A stretch of 64,000 nt of DNA from Candidatus Magasanikiibacteriota bacterium (GTDB taxonomy: Bacteria; Patescibacteriota; Patescibacteriia; Magasanikbacterales; 2-02-FULL-50-9b): the NCBI GenBank assembly GCA_023246755.1, contig JAHFHU010000004.1, positions 4,214 to 68,213 of the forward strand. The letters run 5' to 3'. Of this stretch, positions 1-9,236 are shown in pieces; position 1 is the stretch's first letter, and each line of letters begins with the position of its first letter. The translations under genes were made by a program, and so were the position numbers. The notes beneath the pieces are model-generated. The model was not told where the DNA came from. It saw only the letters and a program-made list of their open reading frames with translations, and did no database searches.

Positions 1-204
1 GCGTACCTGTGGCGCCCATGTTACCTTCCCCTGTGTCGGGGTCAAATCAAGCAACGCCTTCATCAATGTAGTTTTCCCCGCGCCGTTGGGACCAACAATT
101 GCGACCACTTCGCCACGGTTTACGGTAATTGACACATCGTGAACAAGATCAACGCTCGAACGCGCGACAGTGATGTGTTCTGCGGTTAAAATGATATCGT
201 TCAT
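1..204 (-). CDS. ABC transporter ATP-binding protein, metal (Znu/Mnt-like) type; N-terminal part only, gene continues beyond window start
   Basis: Reverse-strand translation MNDIILTAEHITV...VAIVGPNGAGKTTLMKALLDL shows a Walker A motif GPNGAGKTT. ATG is the reverse complement of cat at 202-204. Confidence 0.8.
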   Translation of the reverse strand, partial: MNDIILTAEHITVARSSVDLVHDVSITVNRGEVVAIVGPNGAGKTTLMKALLDLTPTQGKVTWAPQVR

Positions 205-271
205 AATTTGCGCTGACGAGAAGGGCCACGCGTGATGCGTGGCCCTTAGTATATCACGGTGCGGTATCGTT

Positions 272-733
272 TTATTTTGTTTTCACAACCGGTTCAACCG
301 CAACGTCGACGATACGAATTCGTGTTGCGATGATCGTGCGTTTTTTTGTGTTGTAGGATCCTTCAACTTCGATCCGATACCCAATATCTATGTCATTAAA
401 TGTTTTATCTTCCCCATCTTCGGTGATAATTTTTGTATCACCATCAACGATGATGTTGCGCTGTTGAAATGCTTTGATGTGATCGAGCTTATTCGCTTCG
501 GTAATAATAATATCGTGCGAACCAAGATTTATTCCAATCACGAGCCCTGACCATTCACGCGCCTTACTTGCCTTGCTGGTATCAATGCCTTCAGCAAGTG
601 AACGGCACCGAATGCATGCTGCCGCGGACACGAAATTTGTTGTTTTTGACTTAGTCGTTGCTGCTGCCGTAACGGTAGTTGGCGTCATGATGAGGCCTGC
701 CACGAGAACTGCTTTCAAAAACGAGTGGTTCAT
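272..733 (-). CDS. secreted hypothetical protein (signal peptide, Thr/Ala-rich linker, beta-rich C-terminal domain)
   Basis: 153-aa ORF. N-terminal hydrophobic signal MNHSFLKAVLVAGLIMTPTTVTAAATT. No recognisable catalytic motif. Confidence 0.5.
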   Translation of the reverse strand: MNHSFLKAVLVAGLIMTPTTVTAAATTKSKTTNFVSAAACIRCRSLAEGIDTSKASKAREWSGLVIGINLGSHDIIITEANKLDHIKAFQQRNIIVDGDTKIITEDGEDKTFNDIDIGYRIEVEGSYNTKKRTIIATRIRIVDVAVEPVVKTK

Positions 734-824
734 ATGTGGGGACCACCTTACACTTTTTGCTATTTTTCGTCAAGGGTTTAAGCAAGATTTTTGCTGTATT
801 TAGCCAAAAATTTAGATGATTGTC

Positions 825-1541
825 TCACGCCCATCCAAACCATAAAACTACCACCCACATGGCAGGCAGAAGGAACGCGCCCATGGGGACAGGATCGCCT
901 AATTGACGTTTTTTTGCGAGCAACAAGGCGATTGCGACGATCGCGCCAAGCACATGCGCCACCAGCAATGCGATTCCAAGTTGTGCGGGTTTGCCAACAG
1001 CCGCCCCGACGATAAATCCGAGTGCGACATCGCCGTCGCCGACCCAACGGCCTTGCGATATTGCGTACAAGAAAAAATAAAAAATTGCACCGAGCAAACC
1101 GGACAATAACACGAGCGCGATCGTCTCCGGCGACCATGTCGCGAGAACGGCGACAAATGCAACAACGACTGAAAACGAACGCGGTACTACCATCCATCGA
1201 ACATCGATGTAAAAAAGTAAAAGCGTTCCGAATGAAAGCACGCACCACCACAAAAGATCGCGCGGCGCGGTAAATCGATATGCTCCCAGGCCAAATAAAA
1301 GCGCGCCGATAATTTCAACTGACCAATCCGTCAACACAATTCCGATGCCACACGAACGACAGCGGCCACCGAGACCAATATATGAAAATATGGGAATCAA
1401 TTCCCACCACGCGAGCGTTCGACGACAGGCGTCACACGCGGAACGTGCTTTGAATCCCGGTCGATCCATGAGTTGACGCCCGAGCCATGCTAAAAAAGAA
1501 CCGAGAAGCGCTCCGAGTACTGTATAAAAAAGGACGTGCAC
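825..1541 (-). CDS. pilD: type IV prepilin leader peptidase (A24 family, PilD/ComC-like)
   Basis: N-terminal CDAC...CRSC zinc-binding tetracysteine. Polytopic membrane profile. Conserved DGDV / GKPAQ region typical of A24 prepilin peptidases. Confidence 0.8.
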   Translation of the reverse strand: MHVLFYTVLGALLGSFLAWLGRQLMDRPGFKARSACDACRRTLAWWELIPIFSYIGLGGRCRSCGIGIVLTDWSVEIIGALLFGLGAYRFTAPRDLLWWCVLSFGTLLLFYIDVRWMVVPRSFSVVVAFVAVLATWSPETIALVLLSGLLGAIFYFFLYAISQGRWVGDGDVALGFIVGAAVGKPAQLGIALLVAHVLGAIVAIALLLAKKRQLGDPVPMGAFLLPAMWVVVLWFGWA

Positions 1542-1585
1542 AAAATTTTGAGATGAAAGATTAATATCCTGATTATAGCATATTC

Positions 1586-2353
1586 GTGTATAATCATTGC
1601 ATGAAATTTTTTATCGCGTCGTATCTGTTGATCGGGGCAGTTATTTTTCCACACACGGTACAGGCGCGAGCAACAGACGCGCCAAAATTGTATGTCCCGA
1701 TACTCACCTATCATCACATCGCACCGCACACTCCGCACAACCCCTACTTTGTTTCTCCAAAAATTTTTGAGGAGCAGATGCGGTGGTTGAAAAAAAATAA
1801 TTACCACGTCATTTCATACGCTGATTTTTATCACGCAATGACAACTGACGAGCAACTTCCCCGCAAATCCGTTGTTTTAACTTTTGATGATGGTCATCGC
1901 GATCAATTTATCAACGCGTTTCCAATTTTAAATGCACTCGGGTTTCACGCGATGTTTTACGTTGTTGGAGGATACATCGAACGTGAAACGAGTATGACGT
2001 GGGATATGCTCAAAAAAATGCGTGACGCACAGATGGAAATCGGCGCTCATTCCATGACGCATCCGAACTTAACGCGACTGACGAATGCACAACGCATAGC
2101 AGAAATTTCGGAAAGTAAATTGATCCTCGAAAAAAATCTCGGGATTCCGATTAATTTTTTTGCATATCCGGGTGGTGCGTATAATGATGCGGTCATTCGC
2201 GATGTTATCGATGCACATTTTTTGTCCGCAGTATCTGTGCGACACAGTGTTTATCACAAAAAAAATGAAAATCTCTTTGCGGTTGCGCGCATGCACATTG
2301 ATGATGACATGGAGTCGTTTACTGGATTTGTAACCGGCGCGCGTTTGCGTTAA
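1586..2353 (+). CDS. polysaccharide deacetylase (NodB homology domain), secreted
   Basis: Signal peptide, then VVLTFDDGHRDQF...FHAMFYVVGGYI...GAHSMTHPNL...FFAYPGG, the classic NodB motifs (TFDDG, H-x-x-H region). Confidence 0.85.
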   Translation: MYNHCMKFFIASYLLIGAVIFPHTVQARATDAPKLYVPILTYHHIAPHTPHNPYFVSPKIFEEQMRWLKKNNYHVISYADFYHAMTTDEQLPRKSVVLTFDDGHRDQFINAFPILNALGFHAMFYVVGGYIERETSMTWDMLKKMRDAQMEIGAHSMTHPNLTRLTNAQRIAEISESKLILEKNLGIPINFFAYPGGAYNDAVIRDVIDAHFLSAVSVRHSVYHKKNENLFAVARMHIDDDMESFTGFVTGARLR

Positions 2354-2379
2354 TGTGACGCGTGCGCTAGGCTAAATAC

Positions 2380-3633
2380 ATGAAAATTGGAATAATCGGC
2401 GGTGGCGCAGCTGGATTGATGGCGGCCGCAACAATTTGTGAAAATGCTTCCGCTGCAACGGAAATTTTTTTAATCGAACGCAATCTTGAGCTCGGAAAAA
2501 AAGTTTTAATCTCGGGCGGCGGCCGCTGTAATGTTACCACAGGAATTCGCGATATGCGCGCGCTTTTTGAAAAATACCCGCGTGGCGCAAAATTTTTATC
2601 AAGCGCGCTCTATCAATTCACACCCGAAGATGTTTACGCATGGTTTGAATCAAATGGGGTGCCGCTTAAAATCGAAGATGATCTTCGTGTATTTCCGGTT
2701 TCTGATAATGGACATGACGTTGTTTATGCGCTGGAAAAAAAGTTTACAGAACCCGCACGCGTTAAAATTTTATTAGGCCACACCGCGACATCGATCCGTC
2801 GCACGGAAAAAAAGTTTGTGATTGATTTCAAAACGCAACCGAAAATTATTGTTGACAAACTCATCATCACCACCGGAGGACAAGCGTATCGCCACACCGG
2901 ATCAACGGGCGATGGATACACATTCGCCGAATCATTGGGGCACACCGTCACCCCATGCGCGGCAAGTTTGAGTTCATTTATTTCGCGCGATGCATGGGTA
3001 AAATCTCTCGCCGGGGTTTCATTCGATCGCGTTAGTGTCTCAACGGATCGGTCAACGCCGATAGCTCGCGCGGCACGCATCACCGGCCCCCTGATGTTCA
3101 CCCATCATGGCATCACCGGCCCCGCAATTTTTGCTTTTTCCGCGCATATTGCGTATGAGCCCGTCACACCCGCAACGCCACTCAATATTTTTTTAAATTT
3201 TTTTCCTGACAAAAACTTAGAAGAGGTCACTCACATGGTCCACGATGCATGCGCGCTCAATGGCAAGCGAACAATTGTGAATGTCATTGCGACGTTTATT
3301 CCAAAATCGGTCGCTGAAATTATTTGTACACTCGCTGAAATATCCGCTGAAAAACGCGCGGGTGACATGAATAAAAAAGAAATTTTACGTGTGAGCGAAA
3401 CCCTCCGCGCGCTCTGTGTGTGCGCAATCGGGCGCGGCGCGGGAGATGAATTTGTTACAGCCGGCGGCGTCGCATTAAATGAAGTAAATCCAAGCACCAT
3501 GGAATCTTGTGTAACACCCGGACTTTTTTTCGCCGGTGAAATTCTCGATGTCGATGGATTCACGGGTGGCTTCAACTTGCAAGCATCGTGGGCAACCGGA
3601 AGGCTTGCGGGGAAAGCAGCGCTATCATCTTAA
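2380..3633 (+). CDS. HI0933/YhiN/BaiN-family FAD-dependent flavoprotein (aminoacetone oxidase-like)
   Basis: N-terminal MKIGIIGGGAAGLMAA dinucleotide-binding motif. SGGGRCNVT motif characteristic of the HI0933 family. About 417 aa. Confidence 0.8.
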   Translation: MKIGIIGGGAAGLMAAATICENASAATEIFLIERNLELGKKVLISGGGRCNVTTGIRDMRALFEKYPRGAKFLSSALYQFTPEDVYAWFESNGVPLKIEDDLRVFPVSDNGHDVVYALEKKFTEPARVKILLGHTATSIRRTEKKFVIDFKTQPKIIVDKLIITTGGQAYRHTGSTGDGYTFAESLGHTVTPCAASLSSFISRDAWVKSLAGVSFDRVSVSTDRSTPIARAARITGPLMFTHHGITGPAIFAFSAHIAYEPVTPATPLNIFLNFFPDKNLEEVTHMVHDACALNGKRTIVNVIATFIPKSVAEIICTLAEISAEKRAGDMNKKEILRVSETLRALCVCAIGRGAGDEFVTAGGVALNEVNPSTMESCVTPGLFFAGEILDVDGFTGGFNLQASWATGRLAGKAALSS

Positions 3634-4818
3634 TTGTTGAACACGGATGTGCCGTGGCATAACCCCCCACAAAACAATCACCAAAAACATCGCAGCAACA
3701 CCCACAACTCCAAACGTTCGAATAGGACCGAAATAATGCATGCTAAATCCAGCGGCAATTGGACCAATCACATATCCAAAATTAGTAAACGCATCTTGTA
3801 CGGTTTCAATATCTAATCCATATTCTGGGGCTTCCGAAACAAAATCAGCATACGTTCCGCTAATTGCAGGCCATGTCATCGCTATACAAAGCGAAGAACA
3901 AAATCCAATGATGAGTAGTAATGCCGGAGACGTTATGACGAAAAACAACGCAAGAAAAAGTGATCCGAGAAATAATGTGAGCAAGGCGAATCGTTTTTTT
4001 GAGTACCCCTGCAAAATTTTCCCAATATACCACGCAAAAATAATGCCCGGAATTTGATGAACAAACATTAATATTCCCCCGAATTCAAAAATCTCGCCGA
4101 TTGGAATTGCAACTAACGGAGCCGCTGTCCAATAAACTGATTCGATACTATTGAGCATCATCGAGACCAACAACACGGGAAACATTTTCTTGATTAAAAA
4201 AATATGCCCACGCAAAGATACATGTTTATGCGTCTCAATCGAAGAAAGTATGCCGGTAAGTAATCGAGTCTTTTTTCGAAGAAAAAAATATACCATCATC
4301 GCGCAGCCCAAAAAAATCCACGCGATGATAAATGGTGTTCCTGATTTTAATTGTGTGACGAACACTGACGCGATGACTGGTGCTACCATATAGGCACATG
4401 CAACCGCGCCGGCGATAATTCCATAGTTTGAAGCGTGCTCCTCTTTTTTTGAAACACGTCCGATAAAATCTAATGTTCCACAATTATATAAATCGTAGTA
4501 AACACCCCAAATGATCATGCCCATTAAAAACAGAATGACCGAGGACGATTTCCAGATTAAAAAAGGAAACAGCAAAGCCAGCACTATCATGTAGAAGAAA
4601 AGTCGACGAAACGTAGTGCGTCCAAACAATTTAGCCAAAATTGCATCGAATAAGATGCCCGCAACAGATGATGTTGCCATGAGCCAGCCGCGCCAAACAT
4701 CTGAAATTCCAGCATTTTGCATTGCAATTGGAACAAAAAAACCCACGATCCCATCACACAGCAAGAAAAAGAAAATCATGCTTGCGGCAAGGTAAATTAA
4801 CCGATTTTTATTTGCCAT
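3625..4818 (-). CDS. MFS transporter
   Basis: 397 aa with about 12 predicted TM helices. Loop between TM2 and TM3 LAKLFGRTTFRRLFF resembles the MFS signature. Confidence 0.7.
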   Translation of the reverse strand: MANKNRLIYLAASMIFFFLLCDGIVGFFVPIAMQNAGISDVWRGWLMATSSVAGILFDAILAKLFGRTTFRRLFFYMIVLALLFPFLIWKSSSVILFLMGMIIWGVYYDLYNCGTLDFIGRVSKKEEHASNYGIIAGAVACAYMVAPVIASVFVTQLKSGTPFIIAWIFLGCAMMVYFFLRKKTRLLTGILSSIETHKHVSLRGHIFLIKKMFPVLLVSMMLNSIESVYWTAAPLVAIPIGEIFEFGGILMFVHQIPGIIFAWYIGKILQGYSKKRFALLTLFLGSLFLALFFVITSPALLLIIGFCSSLCIAMTWPAISGTYADFVSEAPEYGLDIETVQDAFTNFGYVIGPIAAGFSMHYFGPIRTFGVVGVAAMFLVIVLWGVMPRHIRVQQLR

Positions 4819-4823
4819 AGAAA

Positions 4824-6272
4824 CTATTTTAGGCTGCTTTTTTCAGAACGATCAAATGCTGGCGCAACGAGTATCACATCCGTCGCATCTCGATATAACT
4901 CTTTCCATCCAGCTTTAATAAATGACTGCGCAATTGCTTTATTTTGAAACGATGCTGTTGGCAACATCGCGGTATTAATGTCATATTTTTTAAAAATTTC
5001 CGTCGCAACAGGTGCTCCTCCCGCCATAATTCGAAGCGACTCCGGGTAGGGCGCATTACCTTTCGCGTCTGCCCATTGTGGCATGTGTCCATCAACAAAA
5101 ATTGGAAGGCCGGGCACAAACCATTCAATGTAACCCCCCGTCTCAAATTCATTATATAACCGGATCTGCGGCTGTTTTTCAAAAAGACTCGCCAAAAAAA
5201 TAGTTGCACCGACGGGATAGGTAACTCGTGAATGCAATGCAAATAAACTCCACACTGCAACAAAAATTATTTCCATGCTGATAACCCACGAACCGATGCG
5301 TTTAATTTTTTCGTGTGACAAACGCAACCGCGTCATTAACCATGCGAACTCTGACGATGCCTCTAGCACACACTCGAAACCAATAATGGCAAAGTATGGC
5401 CAAAATTTAACAGCATGCCCATATGCATAAAGAAAAAATAGTGTTGCCGCAATCAGACCCCATGCACGTGCGCGGACGAGCAATGCGCACGCACAAACAA
5501 CAAAAATAATCACCAAGATTGAAATATATTCAAGCCGCGTAAAACCAGAAACCATTTCAGAAATATTTTTCATGTACGGCGATGCTTGCGTTCGATAAAT
5601 TTCGGAATATAAATGTATGCCAAATGGATTCACCAGTGTCGCTAAACAGCAAAGTCCGATAATTGTCGCATGGATACGTGAACACGTTCGTTGAACAATT
5701 GAAAAAAAACCAACGATTGCAATAAAGATTATTCCAAACACAACACCGCCATACATGTTTGCCCATAACAAAAAAATAAGCGGGGCCGCATATAAAATAT
5801 TTTTATGCTGAACTCGATGCTGCCATGCGTAGACAATGAAAGCAAAGAACAAAAATGAAATTACCTGTGGACGTAAACCTAAAAATGAACGTGTCGATGC
5901 AAGAAATAAAAATCCGAGACTCTGTTGAAATAGCGTCTGCGCTCGAAAAGCAAATGTCGCACCGATCAAACCTATGGCGAGACAGAAAAATGGTAGCAGC
6001 GCTGATCGCCCTCCTATCATCCATAATTTTGCCATGAGAACATTTGTGAACCACTCATGATCATACCAAATGAAACCCGGTAGCGTCAGCGAGAGCGTAT
6101 CAACCCGCATCAATGTGTGATGCTCCAAAATCCACCGACCGACACTTAAATGCCACCAAAAATCATACTCATACAAAATCGAGGTACAATAACTCAATAA
6201 CGCGACGTTGGCGATTGCAAAAAAAATCTTAAGCAATAAATCTTTATTTCGTGTAAAAAAATTCCAGCTCAT
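4824..6272 (-). CDS. polytopic integral membrane protein with C-terminal soluble domain (GT-C-like glycosyltransferase fold suspected)
   Basis: 482 aa with more than 10 hydrophobic helices and a hydrophilic C-terminal 120 aa. No specific motif recognised. Confidence 0.45.
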   Translation of the reverse strand: MSWNFFTRNKDLLLKIFFAIANVALLSYCTSILYEYDFWWHLSVGRWILEHHTLMRVDTLSLTLPGFIWYDHEWFTNVLMAKLWMIGGRSALLPFFCLAIGLIGATFAFRAQTLFQQSLGFLFLASTRSFLGLRPQVISFLFFAFIVYAWQHRVQHKNILYAAPLIFLLWANMYGGVVFGIIFIAIVGFFSIVQRTCSRIHATIIGLCCLATLVNPFGIHLYSEIYRTQASPYMKNISEMVSGFTRLEYISILVIIFVVCACALLVRARAWGLIAATLFFLYAYGHAVKFWPYFAIIGFECVLEASSEFAWLMTRLRLSHEKIKRIGSWVISMEIIFVAVWSLFALHSRVTYPVGATIFLASLFEKQPQIRLYNEFETGGYIEWFVPGLPIFVDGHMPQWADAKGNAPYPESLRIMAGGAPVATEIFKKYDINTAMLPTASFQNKAIAQSFIKAGWKELYRDATDVILVAPAFDRSEKSSLK

Positions 6273-6365
6273 ATTTATGATATTTTACAGCGCTTACACC
6301 TAAACAGCAATCGCACAATTGCGAAAAAAGTTTTTGGCTGATAAAATAAGTCTAAACTAATTTTT

Positions 6366-6914
6366 ATGACTAAAAAATACACTCTCTTTGTCATTGGTGG
6401 AATTTTAATGTGTGGTGGCGCAGGATGTGCGTCCGAGGCAGCGCCGGCCCCCGCACCTGTTGCTGCACCTGCGCCAGCCGCTCTGATGCCGACGCCTGTT
6501 GTCGCTCTTCCAACGCCCACTGTCGAGACGCCGCCGCCCGCACCTACCGTCGACCAAGCCGACGGAGGAACACCTGTTACATCAATTTTTAAGGCGGGCG
6601 ACAAAGTCGTTGCGCGTTGGAATGGCGGAAATACGTGGTGGGATGCGCAGGTAACCAAGGCATCAGGAGATGAGGTTTTTGTTAAATATACCGATGGTTC
6701 GAGTCAAACGTTGCCACCACTCGACGTCGCACATCTGCATCAACCAAATAGTTCGGTCCATGTTGGCCAAGAAGTTCTTGCATTATGGAATGGTACATCA
6801 TATTACAGCGCCTTCATTAAGAAAATTACGGACACTGCGGTGACGGTAAAATGGAAAGATGGCAGCGGTGTCGCAGAATTGCCGTACGCAGCGATCGAAG
6901 TGCCGGGTAAATAA
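6366..6914 (+). CDS. lipoprotein with Pro/Ala-rich linker and two tandem Tudor/agenet-like (SH3-like barrel) repeats
   Basis: Lipobox LMCGGAGCAS. The linker APAPAPVAAPAPAALMPTPVVALPTPT. Two repeats: GDKVVARWNGGNTWWDAQVTKASGDEVFVKYTDGSSQTLP and GQEVLALWNGTSYYSAFIKKITDTAVTVKWKDGSGVAELP. Confidence 0.6.
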   Translation: MTKKYTLFVIGGILMCGGAGCASEAAPAPAPVAAPAPAALMPTPVVALPTPTVETPPPAPTVDQADGGTPVTSIFKAGDKVVARWNGGNTWWDAQVTKASGDEVFVKYTDGSSQTLPPLDVAHLHQPNSSVHVGQEVLALWNGTSYYSAFIKKITDTAVTVKWKDGSGVAELPYAAIEVPGK

Positions 6915-6999
6915 GAATTTTAAAAAATATCCACAGATAAATCGACGGTGGTCTTGACAAAAATTTCATTGTATGGAACCCAGTATATAGCTCCGCCTG

Positions 7000-7725
7000 A
7001 TGCGGATGCTGGAGGCCCTCGTGAAGAATCTGTTTCATAATGCGATCATCGCGCGCTTGTTTTTGTTCGTGTTCATGCAGGTGTGTGCCTGCACGTGCGA
7101 CGATCATCTCGACCCTGACACCTACAACTGGAATTTTTCCGAATCAGTTTTTGTCGACTCACACCCCACCGAGTCTGACACATTCGTATATTTTGGATCT
7201 CCAGACTCTCAAACGTCTTTGCCGGTCACGTCGGTCGAAGCCGTCGATTTTGACCAAGACAACTTTCCTGCCGGCACTGATTGTGATGACGCGGACGACA
7301 CGGTTTATCCGGGAGCGTATGAGTACTGCGATTTCAAGGACAACGACTGCGACGGTGAAATCGACGAAACATGGAAGATCATCTGGCCAGAATTCTACGG
7401 CATGTCGTGCAAAGTTATCGCCGACAACGACTGCGTGAGTTACGGCACGTGGGTCTGTGACATGGATCATGATTGGTTGGTGTGCTCGGCCCCACCGGTA
7501 CGCCAAGCAATTGTCGAAAAATGCAATGGACTCGACGACGATTGCAACGGCATCACGGACACCGACCGGTGGCCGGAATTAGGAACCGCGTGTTCCATCG
7601 TGGCCGACGCCTGCGTGATGACGGGTGTCTGGAAGTGTTCAGATTACGGCGAGGCGATTCAATGCAGCGCCGAAGATTTAGTGCCGCCAAAAAATTGTGT
7701 TGCGACGCAAAAAAAGAGTAAATAA
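7000..7725 (+). CDS. secreted Cys-rich protein with MopE-type putative metal-binding repeats (DCDDxDxxxxPGAxExCDxxDNDCDGxxDE)
   Basis: Motif DCDDADDTVYPGAYEYCDFKDNDCDGEIDE and a second degenerate copy EKCNGLDDDCNGITDTD. 20 Cys in 241 aa. Hydrophobic N-terminus. Terminator follows. Confidence 0.55.
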   Translation: MRMLEALVKNLFHNAIIARLFLFVFMQVCACTCDDHLDPDTYNWNFSESVFVDSHPTESDTFVYFGSPDSQTSLPVTSVEAVDFDQDNFPAGTDCDDADDTVYPGAYEYCDFKDNDCDGEIDETWKIIWPEFYGMSCKVIADNDCVSYGTWVCDMDHDWLVCSAPPVRQAIVEKCNGLDDDCNGITDTDRWPELGTACSIVADACVMTGVWKCSDYGEAIQCSAEDLVPPKNCVATQKKSK

Positions 7726-7730
7726 GAAAG

Positions 7731-7775
7731 CCTACACAGAGCAAACCTGTTCTGTGTAGGTGCTTTATTGTTTTA
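7731..7775 (+). terminator. Rho-independent terminator after Cys-rich protein gene
   Basis: cctacacaga-gcaaacctgt-tctgtgtagg forms a perfect 10-bp stem, followed by tgctttattgtttta. Confidence 0.7.
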
Positions 7776-7833
7776 TAATATGAAATGCGGTATATTTTGT
7801 AGGTAAAATTACGATCATTATATTATTGTTTCT

Positions 7834-8676
7834 ATGAAAAATATTCACCAATTTTTATTCATGAGCGCATTCGTTGCTTTGTGGGCACCAAATCTCGCAT
7901 TTGCTTATCCTGCGGGCTACGACACAACCGATCGTTGTAACAAAAAAGATCCACAATACGATGCGGTTTCCGCAGATGCATACAAAAAAGCACATGATGC
8001 TGGATTTGATGCATATTACAAAATCGAAAAACCCGCGCTCGCGCAATTGGGCGTCGAAACCGAAGCCTGCAACAAAAATATGTTTTCGTTTCAGTTTGTT
8101 GATGCTGCCGCAGAAGCAAACAAAAATACAAACCCCGAATATCTCGCAAAGAAAAAAGTGTGGGAGACCTCGCTTGCAGGATGCAAAGAGAGCGCGTTTA
8201 AAACGTACGTTGCCGCAAAAGATGGCGCGAATGAAATTTTAAAACAGGCACTCGCTGACGCATATCAACAATTTTGTTGGCCAAAAAATGCAGACGGCGG
8301 GAATATGAGTAAGAAAAATAGCGTGTCTTGCGCGGCCCCGCTCGTAACACAAGCCAAGGCTGAATATGCTGAAGTTTTGAAAAAAGCAAAACAAGAACAG
8401 CAGTACACGAAAGCTGAGGCGCTTAAAACATATCAGGCAGCGCTTAAAGATGCGGCTGCAACATACAAAAAATCTGTTTTGATGACAAAAAGCAGTGATG
8501 CGCCAAAAACAAATTTGCTCGCCGCAAAGAAGGCGTACACGCAGGCGGTAAAAACCGCAAAATCTGCATACACAGATTCAGTAAAAAATGCGAATTCTAC
8601 GTACGCTGACGTCGCACTTAATGCAAAAAAGGAATACGGACAAACCGTGGAAGAGGCAAAAGCGGCGTGTAAATAA
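7834..8676 (+). CDS. secreted Lys/Ala-rich alpha-helical repeat protein
   Basis: Signal peptide MKNIHQFLFMSAFVALWAPNLAFA. C-terminal half is built of degenerate approximately 11-residue units: KKAYTQAVKTAKSAYTDSVKNANSTYADVALNAKKEYGQTVEEAKAA. Confidence 0.55.
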   Translation: MKNIHQFLFMSAFVALWAPNLAFAYPAGYDTTDRCNKKDPQYDAVSADAYKKAHDAGFDAYYKIEKPALAQLGVETEACNKNMFSFQFVDAAAEANKNTNPEYLAKKKVWETSLAGCKESAFKTYVAAKDGANEILKQALADAYQQFCWPKNADGGNMSKKNSVSCAAPLVTQAKAEYAEVLKKAKQEQQYTKAEALKTYQAALKDAAATYKKSVLMTKSSDAPKTNLLAAKKAYTQAVKTAKSAYTDSVKNANSTYADVALNAKKEYGQTVEEAKAACK

Positions 8677-8815
8677 AAGCGTCAAAAATCAAGACTAATT
8701 TGTCAAAAAATGTGAATGCTGGTAAGGTTTATTGAGTTCCCTCAACAACCACACGCAACAGTCCCTGTTCGCCACGCCCCTTGTGCGTGCGATTAGTCCT
8801 GTGGAGAAGAAAATA

Positions 8816-9043
8816 ATGAACAAATACGAAGGCTTCACAGAAGTCGTTTCTGGTCGCGCAGATGAAACATGGCAAGCAGTTCTCAAGACACCATTGATCG
8901 GCGATCCCGCTGAAGTTGGCCGCATCGTTCACGGCCGCCACATCGCAAACGCGCAGCCTGCGCAACCAGATGAGGTTCCTCAACCCCCACAATGCTGCAG
9001 CGATCAGCCCGCCTCGCCCATGCGAGGACGTTCAGGAGGCTAG
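8816..9043 (+). CDS. small hypothetical protein (about 75 aa)
   Basis: ATG at 8816 preceded by ggagaag. Coding-like composition. Followed by a strong terminator at 9102-9139. No homology recognised. Confidence 0.3.
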   Translation: MNKYEGFTEVVSGRADETWQAVLKTPLIGDPAEVGRIVHGRHIANAQPAQPDEVPQPPQCCSDQPASPMRGRSGG

Positions 9044-9101
9044 CCGCATTTCAAAGGTACTTCGATCAGTTGTCTGCACTTGTGAAAAACAGGTAGAGAC
9101 G

Positions 9102-9139
9102 GCGATGCCAGCACCACGCTGGCATCGCTCATTTTTTTA
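9102..9139 (+). terminator. Rho-independent terminator
   Basis: gcgatgccagc-accac-gctggcatcgc forms an 11-bp perfect stem, followed by tcattttttta. Confidence 0.75.
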
Positions 9140-9236
9140 TAAAACTTTGACGAAGCATTCAACACTTTTTCCCCGGCACATAAACTTTATTAAAATACCA
9201 ACGAAGTTCAGGCATTTCCTGCGATATGGTAATTTA

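Noticed and set aside
6275-6658. 127-aa minus-strand ORF overlapping the Tudor-like lipoprotein gene
   Set aside because: Antisense to a gene with a clear lipobox and domain repeats. Translation is Gly/Ala-rich mirror of the Pro/Ala linker.
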